From the NCBI GenBank assembly GCA_004561775.1, contig SFUD01000001.1, positions 1-35,473 of the forward strand: a stretch of DNA of 35,473 nt. Reading direction: 5' to 3'. Shown here piece by piece: positions 1 to 6,555 of this stretch. The stretch comes from a bacterium (GTDB lineage: Bacteria > Bacteroidota > Bacteroidia > Bacteroidales > UBA932). Numbering within the stretch: position 1 is the stretch's first letter; each line of letters opens with the position of its first letter. The position numbers were made by a program, and so were the translations under genes. A model generated the notes under the pieces. That model saw only the letters and a list, made by a program, of their open reading frames with translations. It was not told the DNA's origin and made no database searches.

Positions 1-99
1 TACTTATAGTGTGCGCCCGGTCCTTGCTCTTGAATGGGATGCTTAAATCCTTAACCTTTCACCCCTGCGCCTTGAAAGCGCAGGGGATATAAAACCAAT
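1..99. repeat. Terminal direct repeat identical to 35375-35473. It is an assembly overlap of a circular molecule, not a biological LTR.
   Basis: Compared base by base: both copies read tacttatagtgtgcgcccggtcc...gcgcaggggatataaaaccaat. The repeat holds the last 46 nt (including the TAA at 44-46) of the 34020-35420 CDS plus the downstream hairpin. Confidence 0.95.
62..86 (+). promoter_or_regulatory. Hairpin downstream of the DGR variable repeat (duplicate copy of 35436-35460).
   Basis: cccctgcgc / cttgaaa / gcgcagggg: perfect 9-bp GC-rich stem and a 7-nt loop ending in GAAA. No T-run follows. Confidence 0.7.
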
Positions 100-107
100 C
101 GCATCAT

Positions 108-536
108 ATGGCAGATACAAGAGGTCTCGCAGTCAATAGAGACATATACAACTTTGAGACAATGATGTACCGGGTGTATGACAACATTCCGGCAAAGCAC
201 AAGCATACCCTGTCTGCATTGGCACTCCAATCCACCCTTGATATGAGGCATTACTCCAATCTGGGGTGCAAGATGTACAAGGCGTGCATAGCCGAAAAGG
301 CAAGGCTATTCTCGCTCTCTCTTGGGTATTGTGAGGACTTGCAGGATAGTCTCAATCACCTGTACGATATGGACCTGTTGTCCGGCAAGACCAAATGCAC
401 CCTTGATGCGGCACTTGATGGGATAAGAGGGCAACTCTCAAGATTGGTCAAATCCTTTGAGAAACAATTAAGCAGAGGGGCGGAACACCGGGAGGAAACA
501 ATCGGTGGAGACTCAATATATCAAGAGGAGGGATAA
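108..536 (+). CDS. avd: DGR accessory variability determinant (Avd)-like protein.
   Basis: 142 aa, sitting between the VR-bearing gene and TR/RT as in Bordetella phage BPP-1. The segment YRVYDNIPAKHKHTLSALALQ resembles the Avd / 23S-rRNA-IVS four-helix-bundle family motif (..IP.KH..). The C-terminus is basic. Confidence 0.7.
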   Translation: MADTRGLAVNRDIYNFETMMYRVYDNIPAKHKHTLSALALQSTLDMRHYSNLGCKMYKACIAEKARLFSLSLGYCEDLQDSLNHLYDMDLLSGKTKCTLDAALDGIRGQLSRLVKSFEKQLSRGAEHREETIGGDSIYQEEG

Positions 537-541
537 CTGCA

Positions 542-1939
542 ATGATTTGTAGTCGCATCAACATATCCCATTTACTTCCTTGTGCGGAGTATTCGGCCAA
601 CAACTCGTTCAATTACAATGGCAACAATGGCAAATTGAACAATAACAATAAGAATAATACTTATAGTGTGCGCCCGGTCCTTGAACTTGGTAGATTGCAG
701 ACCTATTTTGAGGATTGCCCATTTCCATTAAGTGAGATATATGACATATACAGGATAACGAAGAAACACAAGGCCTCAAAGCCATCGCACCTGTTGTTTC
801 AACTATACTATCCGCAGTACCTGCGGAGTCTCTGGCAGGACATAAACAACTGCCATTACAGGCCATCATCATCCATTGCCTTTATAATCACGAAACCCAA
901 GGTGAGAGAGGTGATTGCCGCAGATTTCCGGGATAGGGTTGTGCAGACTCTCCTTGTGCAGGAGATGCTGCCATCTCTGGAGGAATACGAACACCCACAC
1001 TCCTACTCTTGCCGAAAGGGCAAGGGTTGCCTTGCCGCAGTCCAACGCCTGCAGGAACTCAATGACCAATACTATGATGGTGTGGTGTGCTTTGTGGACA
1101 TTGCCAATCACTTTATGTCCATAGATACGGAACTCTGGACACCCAGAGTCCTGCAGTTCATTGATGAACACTACGACAAGGGAGAGGACCGCAAGGCTAT
1201 CCTCAAGTACCTTGCCAATACCATATACACCCATAGGCCGCAGGACAATTGTGTCCGTAAATCCCCTATGTGGATGTGGGAGATGTTGCCTCCGCAGAAA
1301 TCCCTGTTCCACTCCGAAAAGGGTGTCCCCATCGGCAATGTGACATCTCAAACCCTCTCCAACTTTGTGACCACAGGATACCTGCGGCTCATAGAGGCGG
1401 CAGGGTTTGACTTTGCGTTCTACACCGATGATACAGGGATGTTTTGCCACAGGGAGGATAAGGACCGCCTCCTGTCCTATCTGCCCATCTTTGAGGACTA
1501 CCTCAAGAGGGAATGCGGCCTCAAGATGCATCCCAATAAGAGATACATACAGGACACTCGCAAGGGTTTCAATGCCTTTGGTTTTCGTATCAAGGACCGC
1601 AACATCACTCCATCCAAGAGGCTTGTGTACAATTTCAAGAGGTTAGTGGGATACCTCCTCCTTTTGGCGGAGGAGGATGTGCGCAACCTGTACCTGTATA
1701 GAGAACAGGCGCAGGCGAGGCTCAATTCCTACCTCGGCCTGTTGAGGTGGTCGCATTCGTACAACCTCCGTAAGGCCCAGATGATACGCCTGCAGGCCTC
1801 CAAATGGGCGCAGATATTCCGTTTCCCTGTAGGATACGAAAAGGTGGAGATAAAGGCCTCCAAGAGCAAGATGGAACACTACAGGAGGCTCAACAAGGTA
1901 AGATATAGGCAGCAACTATCAATATCTAATGCAATATGA
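542..1939 (+). CDS. DGR reverse transcriptase. The start is uncertain: ATG 542 would make TR part of the ORF, and TTG 695 is the only other in-frame start before the RT domain.
   Basis: RT motifs were read in the translation: KPKVREVIAADFRDRVVQ, SYSCRKGKG, FVDIANHFMSID, PIGNVTSQTLSNF (the DGR-type [I/L]GxxxSQ signature), FYTDD (1421-1432) and GFNAFGFRI. Confidence 0.9.
   Translation: MICSRINISHLLPCAEYSANNSFNYNGNNGKLNNNNKNNTYSVRPVLELGRLQTYFEDCPFPLSEIYDIYRITKKHKASKPSHLLFQLYYPQYLRSLWQDINNCHYRPSSSIAFIITKPKVREVIAADFRDRVVQTLLVQEMLPSLEEYEHPHSYSCRKGKGCLAAVQRLQELNDQYYDGVVCFVDIANHFMSIDTELWTPRVLQFIDEHYDKGEDRKAILKYLANTIYTHRPQDNCVRKSPMWMWEMLPPQKSLFHSEKGVPIGNVTSQTLSNFVTTGYLRLIEAAGFDFAFYTDDTGMFCHREDKDRLLSYLPIFEDYLKRECGLKMHPNKRYIQDTRKGFNAFGFRIKDRNITPSKRLVYNFKRLVGYLLLLAEEDVRNLYLYREQAQARLNSYLGLLRWSHSYNLRKAQMIRLQASKWAQIFRFPVGYEKVEIKASKSKMEHYRRLNKVRYRQQLSISNAI
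579..689 (+). repeat. DGR template repeat (TR).
   Basis: 111 nt aligning without gaps to 35296-35406. There are 21 mismatches, all at TR adenines. In the VR frame it reads as AAC/AAT-rich codons (CAEYSANNSFNYNGNNGKLNNNNKNNTYSVRPVLEL). Confidence 0.93.
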
Positions 1940-2214
1940 CAACACAGGAGAAAATCAATGAGTTGGAAAGCAGGCAGATTGTCCTCTCCAACGAGATGGC
2001 ATCATCCGATGCCCACGCAGCGAAATGCATAAAACTTGGTCTCAACTTTGGTGAGGCTTACCCGGAGGAACTTGAGAGATACAAGGCCTCAAGGGATGAG
2101 TACAACGCTAATGAGGTGGCCCTGTCGGACCTCTACACCGCCCTTGAAAAAGAGGCGCAGGCAGATGCCGCAGACCATCACATTGAAATGATGGAGGGAC
2201 AGGCAGATGCGTAA
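1936..2214 (+). CDS. Hypothetical protein (92 aa, acidic, no TM segment).
   Basis: An ATGA overlap with the RT stop suggests translational coupling. No recognisable domain. Confidence 0.5.
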   Translation: MTTQEKINELESRQIVLSNEMASSDAHAAKCIKLGLNFGEAYPEELERYKASRDEYNANEVALSDLYTALEKEAQADAADHHIEMMEGQADA

Positions 2215-2497
2215 GGTTTGGGAATGGCTCAAGGCCCTGCCGGGCAAGGTGTGGGATGCCCTTGTCAATTGGCTCAACTCTATCCGCAGGGATAGGCTTT
2301 ATCACTTTATCTGCGGCCTCATCATTGCCGCCTTTGCCTGCATCACCCTCCATATGGGAGTGTGGTGTTTCGTGCCTGTACTTTTCGCAGGTTTCGTAAA
2401 AGAGTTCATTGACCAATGGAGGAGACAGGCCTTTGATTGGGTAGACCTCACTGCAACAATGGTGGGCGGCCTCCTCATAGCACTATTTGCCATATGA
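2207..2497 (+). CDS. Membrane protein, putative holin.
   Basis: 96 aa with hydrophobic stretches (LYHFICGLIIAAFACITLHMGVWCFVPVLFAGF; LTATMVGGLLIALFAI). Located directly upstream of the endolysin. Confidence 0.55.
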   Translation: MRKVWEWLKALPGKVWDALVNWLNSIRRDRLYHFICGLIIAAFACITLHMGVWCFVPVLFAGFVKEFIDQWRRQAFDWVDLTATMVGGLLIALFAI

Positions 2498-2718
2498 CAA
2501 GCAATATAAATCCCAAGGCTACTGCGCAGTTTATCCTTGGATGCATCGTGACCATAGGTGGACTTATCCTCCTATTTACAGGGTGCTTCATACCTCCAAC
2601 AGGAGAGATACACTCATCACTCCTTGTGGCGTTTGGTGAGGCATCTACCTTTGCAGGCGCACTCATCGGTGTAGATTACCACTATAGGTATAAATACGGA
2701 GAACGCAAAGATGAGTAA
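2494..2718 (+). CDS. Small two-TM membrane protein, putative holin or antiholin partner.
   Basis: ATG 2494 overlaps the upstream TGA (ATATGA). 74 aa: MTSNINPKATAQFILGCIVTIGGLILLFTGCF...LLVAFGEASTFAGALIGV. The upstream part of the track ORF from 2437 overlaps the previous gene. Confidence 0.55.
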   Translation: MTSNINPKATAQFILGCIVTIGGLILLFTGCFIPPTGEIHSSLLVAFGEASTFAGALIGVDYHYRYKYGERKDE

Positions 2719-3148
2719 GTATGCCAATTTCACCCTTGCCGAGTTCATTAAGAGCGACACCGCTGCCCAGAAAGGGATAGACAACGCCCCGGACTTTGAT
2801 GAGGTGGCCCACCTTGATGAGTTGATAGGGACTATCCTGCAACCCCTCCGGGAGGCCTGGGGCAAACCCCTCATTATCTCATCCGGCTACAGGTGTAAGG
2901 AACTTAACAAGGCCGTAGGCGGTGCGGAGACATCTGCCCACCAATACGGATATGCTGCAGATGTGCAGGTCACCCGGTCCAAGGACTTTGATGCCTTTAT
3001 AGCCTTTGCCGAGGATTGGCTCAAGACCAATGATGTACCTTTTGACCAGAGCATCCGTGAGTCCTCCAAGACTGCCTATTGGTGGCACATAGGCCTGCGG
3101 AACTCCAAGGGATTGCAGAGGAGGCAATTCAAGGCTATCAATGTATAA
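2711..3148 (+). CDS. Endolysin, peptidase M15 (zinc D-Ala-D-Ala carboxypeptidase / L-alanyl-D-glutamate peptidase type).
   Basis: Motifs SSGYRCKELNKAVGGAETSAHQYGYAADV match the H..D...H metal-site region of M15 phage lysins. Confidence 0.8.
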   Translation: MSKYANFTLAEFIKSDTAAQKGIDNAPDFDEVAHLDELIGTILQPLREAWGKPLIISSGYRCKELNKAVGGAETSAHQYGYAADVQVTRSKDFDAFIAFAEDWLKTNDVPFDQSIRESSKTAYWWHIGLRNSKGLQRRQFKAINV

Positions 3149-3632
3149 GTGGTGGCATACTCTCTTATTAGGGGTGGGGATTGCGCTTGCAGTCCTCGCC
3201 TCGTACTGCATTGGCCTGCATTATGGTCGGAAATCACCCACAATCATCACGCAGGTTGAGTTGGACACTTTATACCTCACAAGGATTGACACCCTTGTGC
3301 TGCCTCCAAAAGTGATTGAGAGGAGGGTGGTAGATACAATGTGGTTTGCTGCGCCCGGTGACTCCCTTGCTCTCCCTGTGGAGGAGAGGGAATACGGAGA
3401 CTCCACCTACTATGCCAAGGTGTCCGGGATACATCCATCCTTGGACTCCCTTGTGGTCTACCCTCGCATACAGGACAGGTACATCACCAAGGAGACTACC
3501 AAGACTATTCCTGCCCCAAGGTGGAGTCTGGGCATATCGGTTGGTCCTGCCGTAGGGTATTTCTTTACTCCTGCAGGATGGCAACCGGGTGCAGGGATTT
3601 CCTTGCAGGTCGGTGTTTCCTACCGATTTTGA
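3141..3632 (+). CDS. Membrane-anchored lysis-cassette protein with an OMP-like C-terminal beta-signal (spanin-like candidate).
   Basis: N-terminal TM segment (TLLLGVGIALAVLASYCIGL). The C-terminus ...GISLQVGVSYRF alternates hydrophobic residues and ends in Phe. Overlaps the endolysin stop. Confidence 0.45.
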   Translation: MYKWWHTLLLGVGIALAVLASYCIGLHYGRKSPTIITQVELDTLYLTRIDTLVLPPKVIERRVVDTMWFAAPGDSLALPVEEREYGDSTYYAKVSGIHPSLDSLVVYPRIQDRYITKETTKTIPAPRWSLGISVGPAVGYFFTPAGWQPGAGISLQVGVSYRF

Positions 3633-3663
3633 CACCTACCCTCAAAATTTCTTGAAAAAATTT

Positions 3664-3695
3664 TCGGCCTTGCAGATACCTGTAGGGCCGATTTT
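3664..3695 (+). terminator. Rho-independent terminator ending the late, DGR and lysis transcription unit.
   Basis: tcggcct...agggccga stem followed by TTTTG, and preceded by an A-run. Confidence 0.6.
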
Positions 3696-3737
3696 GTAAA
3701 AAAGTGCAAAAAAGTTGCTTTTCCCTATTGAAAAGGT

Positions 3738-3768
3738 ATTGCTATTTCAAATAATTGTTGTACCTTTA
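3738..3768 (+). promoter_or_regulatory. Bacteroidota-type promoter (-33 aTTG, N19, -7 TACCTTTA).
   Basis: About 45 nt of homology to the module at 5308-5337 (TTGaaaa.GT.TTG.TAT.TCAAA.A..TGT.TACCTTT). Confidence 0.55.
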
Positions 3769-3819
3769 CATTGTCGGAATGACACAAGAGATAATACAAA
3801 CCCTTAATTCAAAAGAAAA

Positions 3820-4185
3820 ATGAAAGCAACTATCATCAAGAATGACAACTTTGAGACCATCGGTTTCGTAGTAATGGCAGAAAACAACACCCTGTTCTCT
3901 TGGGGAGTAACCTTTACAGGTTGGAACTACTGCAAGACATTTGACCTCAAGGATGAGGACATTATCAAGGTTATGGACCTTATGAGAATGGAACAGGAAA
4001 TCAAGGACCTTGACCACATACCATCCGACTTTATGTTCAACTCCATCCACAAGGAACAACACGATGTCATTCGTAAAGCCGCAGAGAAAGGCAAGTGCCA
4101 AGAGGGATACAACTGCAAGGCCTTTATGGACAGGGCAAGCGAACTCAAGGCCAAGGTAGAGGAGACAATCAAATCTTTCAAATAG
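3820..4185 (+). CDS. Hypothetical protein (121 aa), accessory or moron-like.
   Basis: Has its own promoter upstream, a leader motif at 3800-3812 and a hairpin at 4193-4210 downstream. No recognisable domain. Confidence 0.6.
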   Translation: MKATIIKNDNFETIGFVVMAENNTLFSWGVTFTGWNYCKTFDLKDEDIIKVMDLMRMEQEIKDLDHIPSDFMFNSIHKEQHDVIRKAAEKGKCQEGYNCKAFMDRASELKAKVEETIKSFK

Positions 4186-4192
4186 CAATACC

Positions 4193-4210
4193 GGGGAGGG
4201 CAACCTCCCC
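4193..4210 (+). terminator. GGGGAGG / GCAA / CCTCCCC hairpin (member of a 5-copy family).
   Basis: 7-bp GC stem with a GNRA loop. No clear T-run. Confidence 0.45.
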
Positions 4211-4269
4211 ACCAAATATCTTTCAGTCAGTTATACTCAATTATTAACCCTTAATCAATCTAAATCATT

Positions 4270-4671
4270 ATGAAACAGGTAATCCTTACCAACACCAATG
4301 GTCAGTACAACGACCTCCTCACCAACAATCTCTACTTTGCTTACTGCAATGCCATCAACACCAAGGCGATTGAGGAGGCAAAACGCAATGCCAACCTTAT
4401 CATTGTATGCCCCTGTGACCGCAAGGAGAATGAGTTTCTCTATTTCTTTGACCTCCGAGACACCACTAACGAGAGTACACGGAGACAGGGAACAACCACC
4501 ACCGAGGCCCTCAAGTTTTATGAGTCGGAGGTGTGCGACCTGTCAAGCAGAATTGGCTATCTCTCCGAGGGGGCAGATATATCCGAGGCTGAATTTGACA
4601 TCCTTGATAAGGTGGGACAACACCTTGACAAGGCCGCAGATGCCCTCTATGATGTCTGGGCCAAGAGGTAA
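4270..4671 (+). CDS. Hypothetical protein (133 aa).
   Basis: Leader motif at 4247-4260 and a hairpin at 4679-4699 after the stop. No recognisable domain. Confidence 0.6.
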   Translation: MKQVILTNTNGQYNDLLTNNLYFAYCNAINTKAIEEAKRNANLIIVCPCDRKENEFLYFFDLRDTTNESTRRQGTTTTEALKFYESEVCDLSSRIGYLSEGADISEAEFDILDKVGQHLDKAADALYDVWAKR

Positions 4672-4678
4672 TCATTCC

Positions 4679-4702
4679 GGGGAGGGTATCCCCCTCCCCT
4701 TT
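4679..4702 (+). terminator. GGGGAGGG / tatcc / CCCTCCCC hairpin plus TTT.
   Basis: Perfect 8-bp stem, 8 nt after the stop codon. Confidence 0.5.
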
Positions 4703-4731
4703 CATTCCAATCACACAAAATACCATCTACT

Positions 4732-5022
4732 ATGTCACTCTTGAAAGAAATAAGCAGGATGCCCCTGCACTCCGAGATATTCAAGCATTGGGAAATTAAC
4801 TACGGCCAAATCACTTCAAACCATCATCCTATCTGCCACATTATGATTTACCGCCTCAATACCCGGTACTATATTGAGATGTCTGGGTGGTACACAGGAA
4901 AGACCTTTTGGTCCGCACCTGCATCTGCCTCTTTGGTGGACCTGTATTTTGAGGTCAAGGCAATTGCTGATGAGAGGACCTTTAGGTCACTCAAAGACTA
5001 CGAAAGGAGGGGTGCGCTATGA
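4732..5022 (+). CDS. Hypothetical protein (96 aa).
   Basis: Open frame. ATGA overlap with the next ORF. Confidence 0.5.
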   Translation: MSLLKEISRMPLHSEIFKHWEINYGQITSNHHPICHIMIYRLNTRYYIEMSGWYTGKTFWSAPASASLVDLYFEVKAIADERTFRSLKDYERRGAL

Positions 5023-5276
5023 CACTCAACAGATGCGCCATTGATTGGCAGGATGCCTCCGACCTCCCATCCTACTGCGGTATGTGTCCTTTCTGGTATG
5101 GTGGTGGTGACTCCTATGTCCCCGGTATCTCATCCCATTCCACCGCAGGCATATGCAATCTACGATGTATGAACAAGGACCGCTATGCCGATACACCGCA
5201 GGCCTGCCTGCGCCTGTTCCGCAAATGCCTCAAGTACCCGGCAGACACCGAATTGGTGGTAGTTTTGAAAGATTAA
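5019..5276 (+). CDS. Hypothetical Cys-rich protein (85 aa).
   Basis: Translationally coupled to 4732-5022. Contains 8 Cys residues, including CGMCPFW. Confidence 0.5.
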   Translation: MTLNRCAIDWQDASDLPSYCGMCPFWYGGGDSYVPGISSHSTAGICNLRCMNKDRYADTPQACLRLFRKCLKYPADTELVVVLKD

Positions 5277-5307
5277 CCCCAAAAATGTTAATTTTCTTTG
5301 AAAAAGT

Positions 5308-5337
5308 GTTGTATATTCAAAAATAGTGTTACCTTTG
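5308..5337 (+). promoter_or_regulatory. Bacteroidota-type promoter (-33 GTTG, N18, -7 TACCTTTG).
   Basis: Perfect TAnnTTTG box at 5330-5337. Paralogous to the 3738-3768 module. Confidence 0.6.
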
Positions 5338-5390
5338 TATCCAGATGAGGGGAGGTACTCCTCACGATAACAACCTTAATTCAATATAAA

Positions 5391-5789
5391 ATGGAAAAGA
5401 CAAATAACTCAATCATCGTGAAAGAATTTGTAGGTAGTCACTATGAGGATGTTCCTGTGATGAGGAATGGTAAAGCAACCAAAAGGACCAAGCAGGTAAG
5501 GGTTTGTGATTATGCAGAACTCAACGCAACAGGATACCTCTACAATGGTCACGAGATTTTCCTACTTGACAAGGATGCAGAGGATGAGGAGATGAATTTT
5601 ATAAGGACCTACCGGGCCGATGGTACACGACTCACCTGTATGTGTCAGTTTGGTAGATACGGAGAGGCTGACCACGAAACCACCTGTGACTACTACAAGA
5701 AATCAAAGGTCATCTCTACCCACTCAAGTGGATACCAAGGCTCAACAGGTAGGGGATGGGGAGCATCCATAAAGAGAATAAATTGGTAA
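5391..5789 (+). CDS. Hypothetical protein (132 aa).
   Basis: Has its own promoter, a leader motif at 5373-5385 and a hairpin at 5796-5816. Confidence 0.6.
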   Translation: MEKTNNSIIVKEFVGSHYEDVPVMRNGKATKRTKQVRVCDYAELNATGYLYNGHEIFLLDKDAEDEEMNFIRTYRADGTRLTCMCQFGRYGEADHETTCDYYKKSKVISTHSSGYQGSTGRGWGASIKRINW

Positions 5790-5795
5790 CTAACC

Positions 5796-5816
5796 GGGGA
5801 GGATGACCTCCTCCCC
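5796..5816 (+). terminator. GGGGAGGA / tgacc / TCCTCCCC hairpin.
   Basis: 8-bp stem. No T-run. Confidence 0.4.
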
Positions 5817-5853
5817 TCTATATCAAATAAAAGACCCTTAATTCGCAATCATT

Positions 5854-6165
5854 ATGACAACCAAGACCATCAAGATAATAGATTTCTATAGGACCGCAGA
5901 CTATGACAAGAACTATGAGAGGAACTGCGGAGATGATGTTGAACTCTGCGAGTGCTGCGGTAGGAAACTCAATCCCAAGACAATGAAAATGGTGCAGGCC
6001 ATTGAGCCGGGGTATATGACCGATGAGACCGAGGACTTGGGATTTCACCCAGAGTACAAGAACAGGCAGGTATCAATGGGTTTCTACCCTGTAGGCCCAA
6101 AGTGCTATAGAGAGATAATGAGATTGTGCAGGGAGTCAAATAATACAATGGAGGTTACATTATGA
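5854..6165 (+). CDS. Hypothetical protein (103 aa), possible zinc ribbon.
   Basis: CECCGRK...GPKCY cysteine pairs. Leader motif at 5834-5844. Confidence 0.55.
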   Translation: MTTKTIKIIDFYRTADYDKNYERNCGDDVELCECCGRKLNPKTMKMVQAIEPGYMTDETEDLGFHPEYKNRQVSMGFYPVGPKCYREIMRLCRESNNTMEVTL

Positions 6166-6350
6166 AAACAAGATTGAACAAGAGAGAGGTGGAACTCCTC
6201 CTCTCTCTCCGAGACAGGATAGACTCATTGAGGGACAGGATAGACCCGGAGGATGAGATTATGCTACAGGTAGAGGGCAATGGCACGATAGGAGGACAAC
6301 TTTCCTGTGCATCCGCCTCAATAGACACCATACTACAGGAATATCTATGA
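6162..6350 (+). CDS. Hypothetical protein (62 aa).
   Basis: ATGA coupling on both sides. Internal repeat SLRDRIDSLRDRIDPED. Confidence 0.5.
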   Translation: MKTRLNKREVELLLSLRDRIDSLRDRIDPEDEIMLQVEGNGTIGGQLSCASASIDTILQEYL

Positions 6351-6532
6351 AAGGAGGTGCAAGGCCGGGAGCAGGTCGCAAGAGAGGCCCGGAGGGATTG
6401 AGAGTGACCTTTACCTGCAAGGTCCTCCCCTCAACCAGAGAGAGGATAAAGGAACTCAAGAGACAAGGTATACACATCGGAGAGTTGATGGATAAGTGGG
6501 TGAGAGATTATGCACAAGAGTTTGGTGATTGA
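6347..6532 (+). CDS. Small basic DNA-binding-like protein (61 aa); possible excision or regulatory factor.
   Basis: N-terminal GGARPGAGRKRGPEG motif. Located immediately upstream of the attP-like region and int. Function is inferred from position only. Confidence 0.4.
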   Translation: MKGGARPGAGRKRGPEGLRVTFTCKVLPSTRERIKELKRQGIHIGELMDKWVRDYAQEFGD

Positions 6533-6551
6533 GATAAATTGACTACCTTTG
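6521..6551 (+). promoter_or_regulatory. Near-consensus Bacteroidota promoter: TTTG, N19, TACCTTTG.
   Basis: TTTG at 6521-6524, a 19-nt spacer, TACCTTTG at 6544-6551. Overlaps the stop of the upstream CDS. Confidence 0.6.
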
Positions 6552-6555
6552 TGCA

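Noticed and set aside
62-86. The hairpin after the VR gene as an ordinary rho-independent terminator.
   Set aside because: No T-run follows it (the sequence continues atataaaacc). The Avd, RT, holin and endolysin genes downstream are on the same strand and have no recognisable promoter, so termination here would block lysis.
1-99. The 99-nt identical ends as a biological terminal repeat (DTR or LTR) or as a duplicated gene fragment.
   Set aside because: The repeat is exact. Its length is typical of an assembler k-mer overlap, and it cuts a CDS mid-codon at position 1. The simplest reading is a circularised contig, so the 1-46 gene fragment is the same gene end as 35375-35420.
561-578. Extending TR/VR homology further 5-prime (shared attt at 570-573 / 35287-35290).
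   Set aside because: Between that point and the repeat there are four mismatches at non-adenine TR positions (C75, T76, T77, C78). The DGR repeat boundary is therefore set at 579 / 35296.
869-1531. A 220-aa minus-strand ORF antisense to the RT gene. Similar long antisense ORFs exist at 12633-13319, 13967-14692, 14977-15672, 17820-18296, 20209-20880, 23442-23951, 24063-24836, 27476-28108, 28668-29219 and 31352-31900.
   Set aside because: Each one lies entirely opposite + strand genes that have recognisable motifs or tight translational coupling. Their products are low-complexity or Cys/Gly/Pro-rich with no motifs, as expected for antisense frames.
2437-2493. Upstream extensions of track ORFs at 2437, 8895, 9734 (TTG), 15079 (TTG), 15726 (TTG), 28203 and 32231.
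   Set aside because: Each extension overlaps the preceding gene or a promoter motif. Internal ATGs at 2494, 9111, 9743, 15085, 15831, 28251 and 32297 sit at or just after the upstream stop and give compact coupled genes.
4298-4744. A 148-aa alternative-frame ORF overlapping 4270-4671.
   Set aside because: The product is Pro/Ser/Thr/Arg-rich with low complexity. It runs through the terminator hairpin. The 4270 frame has the leader motif and a sensible composition.
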